A stretch of 63,561 nt of DNA, filler included, from Octopus bimaculoides (lineage: Eukaryota): the NCBI RefSeq assembly GCF_001194135.2. It is 7 parts of 6 records of this genome, joined end to end, with 100 filler letters (N's around TTAATTAATTAA, not from the genome) between each part and the next. Parts side by side here need not be neighbours in the genome. Positions count along the whole stretch, not along the records: positions 1 to 11,021 come from NC_068991.1; positions 11,122 to 33,303 come from NC_068990.1; 5 more parts are not named here. One strand, given 5' to 3'. The notes beneath the pieces are model-generated. The model was not told the DNA's origin and made no database searches. It worked only from the letters and a program-made list of their open reading frames with translations. The position numbers and the translations under genes are program-made. Position 1 is the stretch's first letter; each line of letters opens with the position of its first letter. Below are positions 1-11,648 of the stretch, one piece after another.

Positions 1-287
1 TATATATATATATATATGCACTGTGGAGTTGATCTGTTTGATGGGTGCTCATTTTGTTCATATTTATATGCATTGATTGGGTTATATTACACTGTTGATA
101 GAAAAGGGGATTACTCCTGAATCTTGAAATCAATTGATATGTAACTGAAGTGTTTCACGAATCTGTTTCGTTTATCTGCACGAGTACGGCGCGTGTTCAA
201 ACTTTATGTTCATATCTTAAGTTAGATTTTAGACATTCGCGTCTTTTTCTAGCATGCTGGTGATTCATATAAGTACTTGCTTGTCCT

Positions 288-333
<46 letters not shown>

Positions 334-625
334 ACGATCAGGCAAATTGTTATGTATAAAAGGGGTAAACTTCTGATCGTAACAGCAGAAATTGTTCAAA
401 CAAGGAATTAATATTCAAAGATTGAGATTATGTAACAACAGGTATAATACCCAAAGAATCTCATGTCCAGTCCTCAATTGTTCAAAGGTAGGTGGTGAAC
501 AGTCCGAACCGTATGCAACTCCCTCTCGTATTTTGTACCATCCACGCCAAGCTCCCGCTGTCTTCTCAACTCCCCCCTTTTAACAGGAAGTAAACGAGAT
601 CACCTGTCTCTTCGCTTGCTGACTT

Positions 626-669
<44 letters not shown>

Positions 670-1288
670 CATACATACCTACATCATTTCTCTTCTGCCA
701 AAATGTCGTTGACAAACGTTTATCTCTCCACCTTCAGAAAATATTGTAAGTTTTCTCCTTCATTATGTTATAAATATACATAACAATACACACACACGCA
801 CACACACACACACACACACATATATATTTGTTATATTAAGGGCATTATAGTAACACATGCTATTCACATATCAATATTATATGATGCCTCTTTCAAAAAT
901 TCTAAAAGGGAATTATTGAATATAAATAATTAAGTTTATGAATAAACTTATACTTGATAAAGTGTACAAACAGCTGACTAATAAAACGTTTTATTTCATA
1001 TTATTTTACGAGATTCTTTCACATTAACAATATCTATGTGTTTGTAACCTCTGGATTGTTATTGAGAGAGAAAATTGTTATATATTGAAATAATGGAATA
1101 ATTAATAGTATTAATGACATAAATATAGTATAACACATTAGTGGATAAAATACGAAAATATATAATAAACCAGAAAAGAAATGAATATAAGTTATGAAAT
1201 GAAATGTGGTTTGCAATTAATTTGAGACAAGGAAAATAGTACAAGTTTTAATATGAAATTGAGCAAAGAAAATAAAAATATAACTGTT

Positions 1289-1672
1289 CATGGCTGCGAG
1301 GTTTAGAAGTTCGGTTAACAACCAGAAATCGTGTTTAATCCCATTGCGTGGCATCTTGTGTTTGAATTTGATTAACGAAAACTATGTGAAGATTCGTCGT
1401 ATATGTGTGTGTGTGTGTATGAGAGAGAGAGAAGGGAAACAGAGAGACAGAGAGAGTCTGTATGCTTTGTGTTTGTCTCCCTGCAACCTCAGTTTGACAA
1501 CCGGTATTAGGTTTTGATTACATCCTTGTAACTTAGCGGTTTGGCAAAAGAAGCTGATAGAATAAGTGCCAGATTTTAAAAGAGAAAGAAGTGCTGAGAT
1601 TGATTTGTTCCACTAACCTTGTCAAGGCGGTGCCCCAGCATGGCCGCAGTCCCCTGACTGAAACAAGTAGAT
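1289..1672 (+). mobile_element. SINE family A (tRNA-derived), degenerate full-length copy with internal (TG)n/(AG)n
   Basis: Colinear with the better copy at 7851-8570: decayed head, internal microsatellite, 3' half ending GGCGGTGCCCCAGCATGGCCGCAGT...GACTGAAACAAGTA. Confidence 0.7.
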
Positions 1673-2094
1673 GAATGGATAAACCACGAATATGATAAAA
1701 AATTAAAAATAAACCAGAATATAAAAATTGGTAGGGTATCAAATGTTGGTTAAAATTAAGTTGAGAGAGAAAATATGTTCTGTACTTTCTGGACAAGCTT
1801 GCTGCTTCCACGAATGAAAGATGAGTAAGACACAGCTTTCAGCATCATCACTAAACTGAAGAAAGTAACTATCGCCTGTTCTCCGCTGCCACCAGAGCTG
1901 CTCCCAACGCTTTACTATTTTACTCACTCCGTTATCCTCATTCAAAGCTGTGACCAGAACGGACGCAGCTTTCAATGAGGTAATGGCGTTTGTGCTGTTG
2001 TCTTGTTTTCCTGAACAATCTGCACGATGATGGCTATTCTTGCAGTGAAAATGGCTTATTCAGAGTCAGTCCCACTTTCTCGTCCTTTAAACTT

Positions 2095-2430
2095 GTATTA
2101 GTCTGAGACACTGGTTAGAGCGTCGAGCTTACGATCGTGAGGTTGTGAGTTCGAATCCCGGACTGGGCTGCGTGTTGTGTTCTTGAGCAAGACACTTTAT
2201 TTCACGTTGCTCCAGTTCACCCAGCTGTAGAAATGTGTTGCGACGTCACAGGTGCCATGCTGTATCGGCTCCTCTGCCTTTTCCTTGGATAACACTGGTG
2301 GCGTGGAGAGGGGAGGCTGGTATGCATGGGCGACTGCTGGTCTTCCATAAACAACCTTGCCCGGACTTGTGCCTCGGAGGGTAACTTCCTAGGTGCAATG
2401 CCATGGTCAGTCATGACCGAAGGGGGTCTC
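2095..2430 (+). mobile_element. SINE with family-D tRNA head and core (TTGAGCAAGACACTTTATTTCACGTTGCTCCAG) but a distinct 3' body
   Basis: B-box-like GAGTTCGAATCCC at about 2147; core matches the reverse complement of 22400-22460 and 14800-14860; 3' body ends CATGACCGAAGGGGGTCTC. Confidence 0.75.
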
Positions 2431-2479
2431 AGCAGCAGTTTGGGACAACAAATGCCACGAGTCTAGTAGGATTTATATG

Positions 2480-2807
2480 GAGTTGCCTTATCAACCATCT
2501 TTTTTACCTATGGAACCCTTTAATTAGTATTTTATTCTGGAGGACCCCCATAACCATTCGATTTTTAAGAACTAGTTTTATAGAAACTTCTTTCAAACTT
2601 CCTATATTTTTATTCACACATTAACTTGTGTAGGTTGACCTATGTAAAATGTTGGAGAAAGAAACCTAGCTGTTTCCTGTATTACATACCAATGCATAGA
2701 TCGAAAGCAACATTATTTCAGGGGCCCTTAAAATTCTATTGTGGATCCCCCTCAAAAGTCTTACATGGACCCTCAGGGGATATATGGACCTCGGTTGAGT
2801 ACCACTG
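2480..2807 (+). mobile_element. hAT-like (Charlie-type TIR) MITE
   Basis: Right end GGTTGAGTACCACTG. Body aligns with 5886-6080, which begins CAGGGATTCTCAACC. A third right end GGTTGTAAACCACTG lies at about 31026-31040. CAGTGGTTCTCAA-type TIRs are typical of hAT-Charlie elements. Confidence 0.6.
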
Positions 2808-2919
2808 TTTTAGATAAACAACTAAAGAACTAAAAGGCTTCATCTTCCCCTGGGTCAGTTGTGGTGCCCGTGAGCGACCTTTACCCAGAAGAATTACCGT
2901 GACCTTCTAATTGATTCTT

Positions 2920-3070
2920 AGCTAGGATCCTGGCAGGTGGTACTAGTCCGGGTCACACTAGACCTGGGGTAAATTAGTGGCTAAGAGGTGGCTGGTTTCA
3001 AACTTCAAGCACGCGAACTCCTAAATCAGGGCATCAGTACCGGATGCAGTTTATAATCATAACCAGGGGG
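2920..3070 (-). repeat. Dispersed repeat, probable SINE 3' module
   Basis: Reverse complement aligns with 61212-61370 (GGGTATGACCTTAAACTGCAT...ACCCTGACCTGGAATTGTAGGACCTGCCAAGGTCCC). Confidence 0.5.
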
Positions 3071-3603
3071 AAAAAAATTACAAATTTGAATAAGAAGCTA
3101 TATAAAAACATTAAACAACTAAAAAAGTATAATGAAAAGTTCTCATCCAAACTTGGGTACAGAAAGAGATAAATGCCAAAACATGCTATTAAATTCAATA
3201 AAAGTGTGTGGAAGTGAATATTTTAGAATAAGAATTAGAATGGAAATTGTTATAATGTAATATTAAATTGGATTTAAATAAACAGTGGGGAAACGGGGCA
3301 GTCAAAGATAAAAATGTACGAAGGCACCAGTTTAGTTAAAGCAATGTATATGATTGTATAATCTCGAAGAATTATTGAGAATACAAATAAATAATCAGTT
3401 GAATTAACGACGGTGGAAAACAAACTGTGATAAAATTAAACTACAGTAACATCAAATTAATGAAGCTTCATAATTTGATGGTTAAATAGGAATTTGTACG
3501 TTGTTAATTTGATATGTAAATGAAAATAATAACTGGAGGGGGTGAAGGAAAATTGAGTCTAGATTTAAACAATTGAATGATTGAATTGAATGTGGAATTC
3601 TAC

Positions 3604-3649
<46 letters not shown>

Positions 3650-4175
3650 CTGTTCCGTGTTTCATATCTTATTGGATTGTGTCTGTTAAGGAATGACTTA
3701 TTTCAAGAAATGTACTTTTAACTGTTTGCAGCAATGAACTACACATTGAATATGCGCTTTATCTAGGTGAAAATAAAATGGAATTTAATTTATGTAATAT
3801 AATATAAAAAAAAAGATAAGGAACAATGTACTAATAACATATTAGAGCAAGAATGCGGGTATATGTTCAATAAAATATTACCTGCTTGCTAAAAAAAAAT
3901 TAATAGTTTTGAAGTGTTTTAATATTTCAAAATATGTACGTTTTATAGTCGTCTTTTTGTTTTAGAAATTTAACCGTTTTATATGCAGTAGTTTTTCTTT
4001 ATTGTACACCTCACTAAGTTTAAGGTTTATTTCAACGAACATTAAGAAGCACTATTCTGCCAAATATATTGATTTTTCAAGAAGTTTCGGTTACGTTTTT
4101 CATATATCTCCATATAAACATTTTTTTTTTTTCGTACAGTACATTTTGCTGAATCTCTTTGTATATAACTACAAG

Positions 4176-4340
4176 CATGGCTGCGTGGTTAAGAAGCATG
4201 CTTTGCAACCATGTGGTTTCGGATTCCATTCCACTGTGCACCAACTTCGGCAAGTATATCCTTCGTAGCACCAGACAGACCAATACCTTGTGAATTAAAT
4301 TGATAGTCAGAAGCTCTGCGGAAGACTGTCGTGTACATAC
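4176..4340 (+). mobile_element. SINE family A, 5' half
   Basis: Degenerate head TGGCTGCGTGGTTAAGAAGC...CCACTGTGC, ending in a (CATA)n microsatellite. Confidence 0.6.
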
Positions 4341-4595
4341 ATACATACATAAAGATAAATATAATGCTATTCAATTAACAATCCAATAATTTATTTATAT
4401 TACAATATTACATTAAATATTAATACTATGAATATAATATATAGCATAACATAATATTATATAGCATAAACAATTATAAAAAAACATAAAAGCCAACAAA
4501 TTGTTTCGACTTATATATATATATATTTCCCTGATATACATAATCACTGTTCCATTATATATATATATATATATATATACATATACATTTACACA

Positions 4596-4665
<70 letters not shown>

Positions 4666-5885
4666 NNNNNNNNNNNNNNNNNNNNNNNNNNNNNNNNNNN
4701 NNNNNNNNNNNNNNNNNNNNNNNNNNNNNNNNNNNNNNNNNNNNNNNNNNNNNNNNNNNNNNNNNNNNNNNNNNNNNNNNNNNNNNNNNNNNNNNNNNNN
4801 NNNNNNNNNNNNNNNNNNNNNNNNNNNNNNNNNNNNNNNNNNNNNNNNNNNNNNNNNNNNNNNNNNNNNNNNNNNNNNNNNNNNNNNNNNNNNNNNNNNN
4901 NNNNNNNNNNNNNNNNNNNNNNNNNNNNNNNNNNNNNNNNNNNNNNNNNNNNNNNNNNNNNNNNNNNNNNNNNNNNNNNNNNNNNNNNNNNNNNNNNNNN
5001 NNNNNNNNNNNNNNNNNNNNNNNNNNNNNNNNNNNNNNNNNNNNNNNNNNNNNNNNNNNNNNNNNNNNNNNNNNNNNNNNNNNNNNNNNNNNNNNNNNNN
5101 NNNNNNNNNNNNNNNNNNNNNNNNNNNNNNNNNNNNNNNNNNNNNNNNNNNNNNNNNNNNNNNNNNNNNNNNNNNNNNNNNNNNNNNNNNNNNNNNNNNN
5201 NNNNNNNNNNNNNNNNNNNNNNNNNNNNNNNNNNNNNNNNNNNNNNNNNNNNNNNNNNNNNNNNNNNNNNNNNNNNNNNNNNNNNNNNNNNNNNNNNNNN
5301 NNNNNNNNNNNNNNNNNNNNNNNNNNNNNNNNNNNNNNNNNNNNNNNNNNNNNNNNNNNNNNNNNNNNNNNNNNNNNNNNNNNNNNNNNNNNNNNNNNNN
5401 NNNNNNNNNNNNNNNNNNNNNNNNNNNNNNNNNNNNNNNNNNNNNNNNNNNNNNNNNTGTGTGGGTGTGTGTATGTGTGGAGAAACGACAAAGTAGAAAA
5501 TGCTAAAATACTTTTATAAAGAACATTACAGTACTGGTTTCGATCCTTGAGATCTTTTCAACAGTAAATATGAATAATAAATTTTTTTTAAATTAAATTT
5601 TGGTAAATTTAAATAACGGGCATTTTTCTTGTTTCTGTTTGTCTCTGTTTCACTTGTTAACTCTTGTGGGTTATATATATTCATATATTTATATTCATAT
5701 TTATATATATACATACATACGTATATATATATATATCTGTGTGTGTATGTGTTTTCTGTCTATTCACAAAAGCTTCCACTTTATATATTGCGATCACTAT
5801 AAACAGATTCATTAGAAAAATCCAGACACATATGAATAAAAGCAGTTATTATATGTAAGTTAAAATAAATTTCGTCCATTTAAAT

Positions 5886-6080
5886 CAGGGATTCTCAACC
5901 ATTTTTTTTATCTATAGACCCCTTCGATTACTATTTTATTTTGGTTGACCCCCATAGACATTCAATGTTTAAAAACTAGTTTTATAGACTCTTCTTTCAT
6001 AATTCCTATTTTATATTCCACACATTAACACGTATAAGAAAGAAACCCAGCTGTTTCTTGCAATACATACTAATACAAGA
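5886..6080 (+). mobile_element. hAT-like MITE, 5' part
   Basis: Starts CAGGGATTCTCAACC; colinear with 2480-2700. Confidence 0.6.
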
Positions 6081-6136
6081 TTATCCACCATCTAATACAT
6101 GATTATCCACCATCTAATACAAGATTATCTACCATC
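6071..6136. repeat. Minisatellite, 3 x 22 bp
   Basis: TAATACAAGATTATCCACCATC / TAATACATGATTATCCACCATC / TAATACAAGATTATCTACCATC. Confidence 0.9.
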
Positions 6137-6139
6137 TTT

Positions 6140-6680
6140 CCAACAACATCCTTGGTCACCCTTTTGAATTCCGTATGATAAACACTCGCGGACATGTTTA
6201 TAAAATCAAAAAAACAACACAGCACCCATGACTTTGGGAAACATTTCCTCACGCTCAGAATTGCTGTCGAGACACTATATCCTTCAAAACTTCCATGCTT
6301 CCTTAAATCCGCCAACTGTACACCTCATGGCCCTTTTTTTCCTTTTAGTTGTAATGCACCTCAGCACTGTATACAACACGTTCCTTCATTATAATTGAAA
6401 ATTGTAGCAATGTTTCATTTCTTAACCAGACGGGCATATAACAAGATGGCAGCCGAAATTCAGGATCTTTAGCGACACACGACTTTATGTATGGAAGTAA
6501 CTCATGAGACCCATAAGGGACAGTAGCAGAGTGGGTCGAAACGACCGTTGTACAAAATAAAATTAATGCCACATTCATCTTCTGACCCAACGGAAATATA
6601 CCCCGACTGCGGATGACACCAGGTAACCCAAACTGTACCAGTGTTTTACTCAACACTTCAACACACTAATCAACATATAG
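6140..6680 (-). pseudogene. Possible highly decayed non-LTR reverse transcriptase fragment
   Basis: Minus frame reads EVLSKTLVQFGLPG...TVPYGS, which resembles RT HxxLxxxLxxxGxP and VPQGS motifs; no YADD seen. Confidence 0.3.
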
Positions 6681-6697
6681 TCGTCAGTTCAAAATAT

Positions 6698-6760
<63 letters not shown>

Positions 6761-7269
6761 NNNNNNNNNNNNNNNNNNNNNNNNNNNNNNNNNNNNNNNN
6801 NNNNNNNNNNNNNNNNNNNNNNNNNNNNNNNNNNNNNNNNNNNNNNNNNNNNNNNNNNNNNNNNNNNNNNNNNNNNNNNNNNNNNNNNNNNNNNNNNNNN
6901 NNNNNNNNNNNNNNNNNNNNNNNNNNNNNNNNNNNNNNNNNNNNNNNNNNNNNNNNNNNNNNNNNNNNNNNNNNNNNNNNNNNNNNNNNNNNNNNNNNNN
7001 NNNNNNNNNNNNNNNNNNNNNNNNNNNNNNNNNNNNNNNNNNNNNNNNNNNNNNNNNNNNNNNNNNNNNNNNNNNNNNNNNNNNNNNNNNNNNNNNNNNN
7101 NNNNNNATATATATATATATATATACCACGAGCTTCTTTCAGTTTCCTTCCACCAAATCTACTCACTTGCTTTGACGCTGATGATGACGATGACGACGAC
7201 GACGACGATGATGATGATGATGTCTTAAAACAGTATTTATACACTGGACACGTACATTAAATGGGCAAA

Positions 7270-7810
7270 TGCATTAAATGGTTCTCCGTCACGTTCGACT
7301 ATCAGTATTCAGATATTCGATCAACCGAACCGTCGATCCCTTCGTTTGAATTAGACGCGTATAGTGTGTACCCTTAAAGTAGTTCTCGTTCTAGAATCAG
7401 CGTTAGACAGTATGTAATACGGAGGGAGCTTTAAATTAAGGGTACAGTCTATTCTGCAAGCTTCCAAACTGTTTCGGTTCACCCAGATTTATTCATAAGG
7501 TATAGGTCGACACTTACCCAAGGAGCCACGCAGTGAGATCGATCTCGAGTCTTCGTAATTGCGAAGCAAGTCTCTTAAATACACAAAATAAGATTCCAAA
7601 CTGTTTCATGTCAACCCAGTTTCATTCCTAAGACGTAAGTCGACTCGAAGCAATCATAAAAACAACACATTTGCCCAAGATATCACGCAGTGGGATCGAT
7701 CCCAATATTTCGAAATTGCAAAGTAAACTTCTTAACTACTCAGAATAAGTGTTCAAACTGTTTCTGTCAACCCACTTTCTCTCATAAGGCAGTGACCGAC
7801 TGGAAGCCAA
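7270..7810 (-). mobile_element. Decayed C/D-type SINE body followed by three head-to-tail truncated A-like SINE 5' halves
   Basis: TGTGTACCCTTAAAGTAGTTCTCG matches the C/D body. (C/T)CAAACTGTTTC...ACCCA recurs at about 7465, 7598 and 7754, and CCCAAG...CACGCAGTG.GATCGATC at about 7518 and 7674. Confidence 0.55.
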
Positions 7811-7850
7811 AATAAAATATATATATATAAAAATATATACAAAATATATA

Positions 7851-7997
7851 GGCGCGGGAGTAGCTGTGTGGTTAGTAGCTTGCTTACCAACCACATGGTT
7901 CTGGGGGTTCAGTCCCACTGCGTGGCACCTTGGGCAAGTGTCTTCTACTATAGCCTTGTGAGTGGATTTGGTACACGGAAACTGAAAGAAGCCCGTC

Positions 7998-8033
<36 letters not shown>

Positions 8034-8570
8034 NNNNNNNNNNNNNNNNNNNNNNNNNNNNNNNNNNNNNNNNNNNNNNNNNNNNNNNNNNNNNNNNNNN
8101 NNNNNNNNNNNNNNNNNNNNNNNNNNNNNNNNNNNNNNNNNNNNNNNNNNNNNNNNNNNNNNNNNNNNNNNNNNNNNNNNNNNNNNNNNNNNNNNNNNNN
8201 NNNNNNNNNNNNNNNNNNNNNNNNNNNNNNNNNNNNNNNNNNNNNNNNNNNNNNNNNNNNNNNNNNNNNNNNNNNNNNNNNNNNNNNNNNNNNNNNNNNN
8301 NNNNNNNNNNNNNNNNNNNNNATATATATATATGTATGTATTGTGTGTATACGTTTGTGTGTCTGTGTTTGTCCCCCCACCCCAACATCGCTTGACAGCC
8401 GATGCTGGTGTGTTTACGTCCCCGTAACTTAGCGGTTCGGCAAAGAAGTCTGATAGAATAAGTACTAGGCTTCCAAAGAATAAGTCCTGGGGTCGATTTG
8501 CTTGACTAAAGGCGGTGCTCCAGCATGGCCACAGTCAAATGACTGAAACAAGTAAAAGAGTAAAAGAGTA
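7851..8570 (+). mobile_element. SINE family A, well-preserved copy with gap inside its internal microsatellite
   Basis: A-box TAGCTGTGTGGTT, B-box-like GGTTCAGTCCC, internal (TA)n/gap, 3' half, tail GTAAAAGAGTAAAAGAGTA. Confidence 0.9.
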
Positions 8571-8745
8571 TACAAAAATTAAATCATAAATAAAAAATAT
8601 ATATACGCTCAGCCAAAAATGTCGCGCCCAGCGATCGATCCCGAGATGTCGTAACTGCAGAGCGAAATTCTTAACTTCAGAATAAACACGGAGTGTTCAA
8701 GGTTAACGCGCCTTTCATCACAGATCTGCTCGATTAGAAGCTGAC

Positions 8746-8802
8746 CTGAGCCAAAAACCAAACGACAACAATAGCAGCAACACATCTGTATATGACCTCC
8801 AT
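8746..8802 (-). CDS. Candidate first coding exon encoding a signal peptide (MEVIYRCVAAIVVVWFLAQ)
   Basis: ATG at 8802; 19 codons with a hydrophobic core; ends at CAG|GTCAGC donor; non-repetitive, CpG-richer context. Not in the ORF track because it is too short. Confidence 0.3.
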
Positions 8803-8886
8803 TAGAGCGAGCTGCTCCAGCGGTTTCGAATAAATGGATATATATATTTCCTGTAGCTGGCACCGTCAGCTTGGGATAGGAGATTG

Positions 8887-8951
8887 TTTATACCGAACGT
8901 ACAAAGGCGGCACAAGTTTTAGTACGGGAAACGCTTTATGCACTGACGTCA
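8887..8951 (-). promoter_or_regulatory. Candidate promoter: TATAAA at 8892-8887 and perfect CRE palindrome TGACGTCA at 8944-8951
   Basis: Motifs read directly; spacing is compatible with a start site near 8860 upstream of the candidate exon; motif matches alone are weak. Confidence 0.3.
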
Positions 8952-9003
8952 TCAAAGGGAACAAACGCACCTTCTCTTCTACTTTGTAATCATAAACAAA
9001 CGT

Positions 9004-9037
<34 letters not shown>

Positions 9038-9142
9038 GTGTATGATTGTTCGCGGTCGAACCTCTGCGGGCATGTGTTAGTGAGTGTGTGTGTGTGTTTG
9101 TGTGTGTGTGTTTGTGTTTGTGTGTGTGTGTGTGTTTGTGTA

Positions 9143-9184
<42 letters not shown>

Positions 9185-9221
9185 TACATATATACAAATA
9201 TATATATATACATATATACAC

Positions 9222-9252
<31 letters not shown>

Positions 9253-10323
9253 CATACATACATATANNNNNNNNNNNNNNNNNNNNNNNNNNNNNNNNNN
9301 NNNNNNNNNNNNNNNNNNNNNNNNNNNNNNNNNNNNNNNNNNNNNNNNNNNNNNNNNNNNNNNNNNNNNNNNNNNNNNNNNNNNNNNNNNNNNNNNNNNN
9401 NNNNNNNNNNNNNNNNNNNNNNNNNNNNNNNNNNNNNNNNNNNNNNNNNNNNNNNNNNNNNNNNNNNNNNNNNNNNNNNNNNNNNNNNNNNNNNNNNNNN
9501 NNNNNNNNNNNNNNNNNNNNNNNNNNNNNNNNNNNNNNNNNNNNNNNNNNNNNNNNNNNNNNNNNNNNNNNNNNNNNNNNNNNNNNNNNNNNNNNNNNNN
9601 NNNNNNNNNNNNNNNNNNNNNNNNNNNNNNNNNNNNNNNNNNNNNNNNNNNNNNNNNNNNNNNNNNNNNNNNNNNNNNNNNNNNNNNNNNNNNNNNNNNN
9701 NNNNNNNNNNNNNNNNNNNNNNNNNNNNNNNNNNNNNNNNNNNNNNNNNNNNNNNNNNNNNNNNNNNNNNNNNNNNNNNNNNNNNNNNNNNNNNNNNNNN
9801 NNNNNNNNNNNNNNNNNNNNNNNNNNNNNNNNNNNNNNNNNNNNNNNNNNNNNNNNNNNNNNNNNNNNNNNNNNNNNNNNNNNNNNNNNNNNNNNNNNNN
9901 NNNNNNNNNNNNNNNNNNNNNNNNNNNNNNNNNNNNNNNNNNNNNNNNNNNNNNNNNNNNNNNNNNNNNNNNNNNNNNNNNNNNNNNNNNNNNNNNNNNN
10001 NNNNNNNNNNNNNNNNNNNNNNNNNNNNNNNNNNNNNNNNNNNNNNNNNNNNNNNNNNNNNNNNNNNNNNNNNNNNNNNNNNNNNNNNNNNNNNNNNNNN
10101 NNNNNNNNNNNNNNNNNNNNNNNNNNNNNNNNNNNNNNNNNNNNNNNNNNNNNNNNNNNNNNNNNNNNNNNNNNNTTTGCGTGTGAGTATGGGTGTGTGC
10201 GCGCGCGCACTTCACTAGCTTCCTCAGCGTATAAAATGCCGCTGAAAATTCCTAGCGAAAATTCCTGGTTCCCAACGGGAAGCCATGATACGGAAATAAC
10301 AAGTCGCTAAACACACACACACA

Positions 10324-10368
<45 letters not shown>

Positions 10369-10789
10369 ACACATACACACACGCACGCATACACACGCAC
10401 AAATACACACCTTCACGCACCTTCACATACAATTATAGTGTAAACATTCAGACATAGAAAATCAAATTTAGAGAGTTGCCATAATAAAATAATAGATATT
10501 AAATAACCTGATGCTAATTTAAGTTTCGTGTCGTAACGCTATTCTTCAGTGAAAAATGACTCTCTCTCTCTATATATATATCTTGGGTCTTCCGTCAGTC
10601 ATCTTTGATCGTTCATAAACACACGTATATGTAAGCCTGGACAAGGGCTTTTTTGAGGAAGATAGGTTGTTAAGTATAAGCCACTCGGGCCTGCACTTGA
10701 ATTTTCCACCCACTGCAAAAAGGGCAACAGTGATTTTTCTCTTCAAGTTATATAAACATATGTTATATTCAGTTCAGTTCCAGTTGGGT

Positions 10790-10980
10790 ATCAGATTGAC
10801 ACAATTAGTTTTTGATGAGTGCGGTTTTCTCTGCATCCGGCCATGAGAAGACTTCACCCACGTCGGTTATAAATGTTCTGCGCCATGTTGTTTTCAGCTT
10901 TCCTCTCTTTGTTTTCCTTTCCGGTGGCGTCCATTTGAAAGCTGTTTTAGAATGTTCTGGCAACCGTAATATGTAGCTGT
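10790..10980 (-). mobile_element. RTE-clade LINE 3' ORF fragment
   Basis: Minus frame SYILRLPEHSKTAFKWTPPERKTKRGKLKTTWRRTFITD matches the RTE C-terminal GHxxR...W.P.G.R.RGRP..TW pattern. Confidence 0.7.
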
Positions 10981-10988
10981 TAGTTTAT

Positions 10989-11021
<33 letters not shown>

Positions 11022-11121
11022 NNNNNNNNNNNNNNNNNNNNNNNNNNNNNNNNNNNNNNNNNNNNTTAATTAATTAANNNNNNNNNNNNNNNNNNNNNNN
11101 NNNNNNNNNNNNNNNNNNNNN
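11022..11121. other. Assembly spacer: 44 N + TTAATTAATTAA + 44 N (also at 33348, 41313, 50776, 60331, 62323)
   Basis: Identical 100-bp construct six times; the 12-mer has stop codons in all six frames. Confidence 0.97.
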
Positions 11122-11147
11122 TATATATATCCACACACATATATATC

Positions 11148-11232
<85 letters not shown>

Positions 11233-11252
11233 AAGTATGCATGTATGTATTG

Positions 11253-11605
11253 TGGAACTCCGTCGGTTACGACAACGTGGGTTCCAGTTGATCCGATCAA
11301 CAGAACAGTCTGCTCGTGAAATTAACGTGCAAGTGGCTGAGCACACCGCAGACATGTGTACCCTAAACGTAGTTCTCGAGGAGATTCAGCGTGACAAGGC
11401 TGGACCTTTGAAATACAGGTACAACAGAGACAGGGAGAAAAAGTGAGAGAAAGTTGTAGTGAAAGAGTACAGCAGGATTCGCTACCACCCGCTGCCGGAG
11501 CGGCGTGGAGTTTTAGGTGTTTTCGCTCACAACGCCCGGTCTGGGAATCGAAACCGAGATCCTACGACCTCGAATCCGCTGCCCTAACCAGTGGGCCATT
11601 GCGCC
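11253..11605 (-). mobile_element. SINE family C (tRNA-Arg-like head)
   Basis: Colinear with 31194-31564 and 55831-56210; head TGGCCCACTGGTTAGGGC...GGTTTCGATTCCC on the minus strand. Confidence 0.9.
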
Positions 11606-11610
11606 GCCAC

Positions 11611-11648
<38 letters not shown>

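Noticed and set aside
18-290. Possible Penelope linker fragment (minus frame RADKRNRF...SPFLSTV.YNP)
   Set aside because: Resemblance too weak and broken to list as a feature without a search
11066-11077. Recurrent perfect palindrome TTAATTAATTAA (six occurrences)
   Set aside because: Always centred in a 44N+12+44N block; an artificial six-frame-stop spacer
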